64,000 nt of DNA from contig OZ244207.1 of assembly GCA_965216875.1 (NCBI GenBank), forward strand, positions 6,112,001 through 6,176,000, in the 5' to 3' direction. A program made the position numbers and the translations under genes. Source of the DNA: Rubripirellula sp. Its GTDB lineage: Bacteria > Planctomycetota > Planctomycetia > Pirellulales > Pirellulaceae. Shown piece by piece: positions 61,654 to 64,000 of the stretch. The notes under the pieces were generated by a model. That model was not told the DNA's origin. It searched no databases and saw only the letters and a list, made by a program, of their open reading frames with translations. Every line of letters starts with the position of its first letter. The stretch's first letter is position 1.

Positions 61654-63039
61654 ATGAGTGCTGTGAACTTGCTCCGTCGTCACGTCGTCCATGCGGCAGT
61701 CGTCCTCTTGCTGGGACTTGCACCCGCCGCATTTGCAAACGCCCAAGAATCATCGGCCGCGCGGTCCGAACAGATCCGCCAGTATATCCGTCTTCTCGGC
61801 GAACACGACAAGTTCATGGGGGCCGTCACGATCTCAATCGACGGCAAGGAATTGGCAAGCGCTCAGACGGGCATCTACTCTCATAGCGATGCATCGTCGG
61901 CGGAATCAAATGCCGAAACAAAGTTTCGCGTCGGCTCGATCACCAAAACTTTCACTGCGGTGATGATTCTGCAGCTCGTCGAAGAAGACAAGCTCTCGCT
62001 CGACACACCGCTCGCAAAGTTCTTTCCCAACATCGGCGATGCTGAAAACATCACGATCGAACACCTGTTGCGACATCGCAGCGGCTTGGGAAGTGTGACC
62101 GACGATCCATCCTATCGAGTTTGGCACACCAAGGCACAAACCCGCGACAAGATGCTCGAACTCATCGCGGCGCAACCGAAACGCTTCGAGCCTGATGAGC
62201 GCACCCAATACAGCAACACAAACTATCTGTTGCTGGGCTACATCATCGAGGCGGTCTCCGAGAAAACTTACGGCGAGGAACTCAAGACTCGCATCGTCGA
62301 TCGACTTGGGCTGAAACACACTGGCTACGCGACCCTTGCCGATGCCGAGCGCAATGTTGCATGTTCGTTTCGATGGAATGGCAAACAGTGGACGCCAAGT
62401 AGCGAAACTCATCCCTCTGTTCCTCACGGCGCCGGTGCGATCATGTCGACGTCGTCCGACCTGGTCCGATTCATCGAAGGTTTGTTCGCGGGTGAATTGA
62501 TCTCGAAGCCAACACTCGACGAAATGACTTCGCTTGTGAATCGCGTTGGATTGGGAATCATGCGAATGCGAGCCGGCGAGACACCTGGGTTTGGACATCA
62601 CGGCGGCATCGACGGATTTCGTTCAACCGTTCAATACTATCCAGAGGATAAAATTGCGTTCGCCGTCGTCGGTAATGGATTCAATTACTCGTCGAACGAC
62701 ATCATTTCTGCGTTGGCCAGAATCGCCTTCGATCTCGAATTCGAAATGCCCTCGCTCGAAGCCTTCGATGTCCCGGTCGAGACCTTGAAAGGGTACGAAG
62801 GCAATTACGCATCGGACGAGATCCCTATGAAGATCACGATCAAGGTCGATGATCAAACACTCACCGCACAAGCCACAGGCCAACCCGCGATTCCCCTTAC
62901 CGCAAGCAGCTCGGTCGACTTTGCCTTCGACGCGGTCGGAGTGAAAATCAGCTTTGACGAATCGGCCAAAGAGTCCGGTGTCGACTCATTCACGCTTCGA
63001 CAGGCGGGCCGCGAGATTCGCTTCTCGAAAGAGAAGTAG
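61654..63039 (+). CDS. serine hydrolase, beta-lactamase class C / peptidase S12 family
   Basis: GSITK (SxxK), LLRHRSG, YSN and GHHGG motifs; signal peptide; C-terminal extension. Confidence 0.92.
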   Translation: MSAVNLLRRHVVHAAVVLLLGLAPAAFANAQESSAARSEQIRQYIRLLGEHDKFMGAVTISIDGKELASAQTGIYSHSDASSAESNAETKFRVGSITKTFTAVMILQLVEEDKLSLDTPLAKFFPNIGDAENITIEHLLRHRSGLGSVTDDPSYRVWHTKAQTRDKMLELIAAQPKRFEPDERTQYSNTNYLLLGYIIEAVSEKTYGEELKTRIVDRLGLKHTGYATLADAERNVACSFRWNGKQWTPSSETHPSVPHGAGAIMSTSSDLVRFIEGLFAGELISKPTLDEMTSLVNRVGLGIMRMRAGETPGFGHHGGIDGFRSTVQYYPEDKIAFAVVGNGFNYSSNDIISALARIAFDLEFEMPSLEAFDVPVETLKGYEGNYASDEIPMKITIKVDDQTLTAQATGQPAIPLTASSSVDFAFDAVGVKISFDESAKESGVDSFTLRQAGREIRFSKEK

Positions 63040-63070
63040 ACATCCTCTCGGAGAGGCCGTGAGTTTCTCC

Positions 63071-63214
63071 TGAGCCGAACGCGCTAGCGTCGGGCCTTAC
63101 AAGGCTCGGGCCTTTCTGGGTTGGTGTGACACAATACCGGTGGCTAGCGGCTTGCGAAAGAGAAGGACGCGGAGCGTCCCAAGAATGCGTTACCACGCAG
63201 AGCGTGGTAACGAG
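63071..63214. repeat. REP stack: TGAGCCG-family copy plus double-hairpin GGACGCGGAGCGTCC...CGTTACCACGCAGAGCGTGGTAACG
   Basis: 63071-63096 is identical to the first 26 nt of the 47594 repeat; hairpins at 63165-63179 and 63188-63212. Confidence 0.85.
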
Positions 63215-63489
63215 GTGGGCTGTTACCGAGCTTTAGCCGGAATCTTCTCCCAATCCGCGGAAAGGCGGGGCGACGAACGATACTGACGGCCTTTTCGAGG
63301 CCGCAATTCCCAAAATCGACAAACTCCGTTGTTTTAAGCGAATCCTGAATCAGACTGGTGGGGTTCAATTTCCCAATCCTTCCATTGGAAAATTGCCCCC
63401 ACATTCGGTCGAGGAAGTGCGAAGCGCGCTCCTGATCGTCCCACCTTTCGCGTCGATTTGACTGCCGCTGCTTCGGAGTATTCCTAGGT

Positions 63490-64000
63490 TTGTCTCGCCT
63501 GTTGTTCGTTTCCATTTGTGCGACCGTAGCCGTCGTTTTCACGGCAACCGCTGCGCACTCTCAGGAGGCGAAACCGGTTGTGATTGCCAACGTGACGGTC
63601 GCCGAAGTTCCTTCAGGTCGACGCGTCGTTGGCACGGTGAACCCACGACGCAGTAGCACGATCGGCAGTGCGATCGATGGCCGCGTCCAAGGTTTACTGG
63701 TCGATCAAGGCGACCGGGTTCAAGAGGGCGACGTGCTCTCTCGGCTGCGAACCCAGACGTTGGAAATCGAACGGTCTGCTGCGAAAGCGGAACTTGACTT
63801 GGCCGTCCACCAACTCGCGGAACTTGAAAACGGTGCCCTCCCGGAAGAAATCGCCCAGGCCGAGGCGAACATGCGAACCGCGAAAGCGGCACTCAAGAAC
63901 GCCGAAGGCGACTTGAAACGCATCGAGACCCTTTCCAGTCGCGCGGCCGCCAGCGTGGCCGAACTCGGTGACGCCCAAGAACAAGCTGACGTCGCCAAGT
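63490..64000 (+). CDS. RND efflux periplasmic adaptor (membrane fusion protein), 3' truncated by the window edge
   Basis: Not in the ORF track. Frame open from TTG 63490: signal anchor, then GTVNPRRSSTIGSAIDGRVQGLLVDQGDRVQEGDVL (lipoyl half-motif) and a coiled coil. Confidence 0.88.
   Translation, partial: MSRLLFVSICATVAVVFTATAAHSQEAKPVVIANVTVAEVPSGRRVVGTVNPRRSSTIGSAIDGRVQGLLVDQGDRVQEGDVLSRLRTQTLEIERSAAKAELDLAVHQLAELENGALPEEIAQAEANMRTAKAALKNAEGDLKRIETLSSRAAASVAELGDAQEQADVAK

Overview
A 64 kb, gene-dense chromosomal segment, about 55-58% GC by eye, from a planctomycete that is most likely Pirellulaceae. The lineage markers are DUF1559 prepilin-like, DUF1501 plus DUF1549/DUF1553 cytochrome-c, paired FG-GAP/ASPIC-UnbV, PQQ-like beta-propeller and sulfatase genes, and NPY-/FSIR-type small membrane proteins. 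There is no rRNA, cas gene, canonical CRISPR or prophage. It contains one tRNA-Arg(CCT), a cobalamin riboswitch in front of a PEP-CTERM surface protein, two sensor kinases and carbohydrate/sulfate catabolism genes. The most unusual part is 4.2-8.9 kb. There an intact stand-alone Y1/HUH (RAYT-like) nuclease gene sits among three clusters of an 11-nt motif, GGGGACAGGCA. All four head-to-head pairs of this motif are separated by exactly 9 nt of unrelated sequence, and they are flanked by inward-pointing half-sites with unique spacers. Next to the first cluster is an unannotated ~140-nt sRNA candidate with its own promoter, GGA-rich hairpins and terminator. At least four other REP families occur in the window and pile up in a few intergenic hotspots. 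All family assignments come from motif recognition by eye; no database searches were run.
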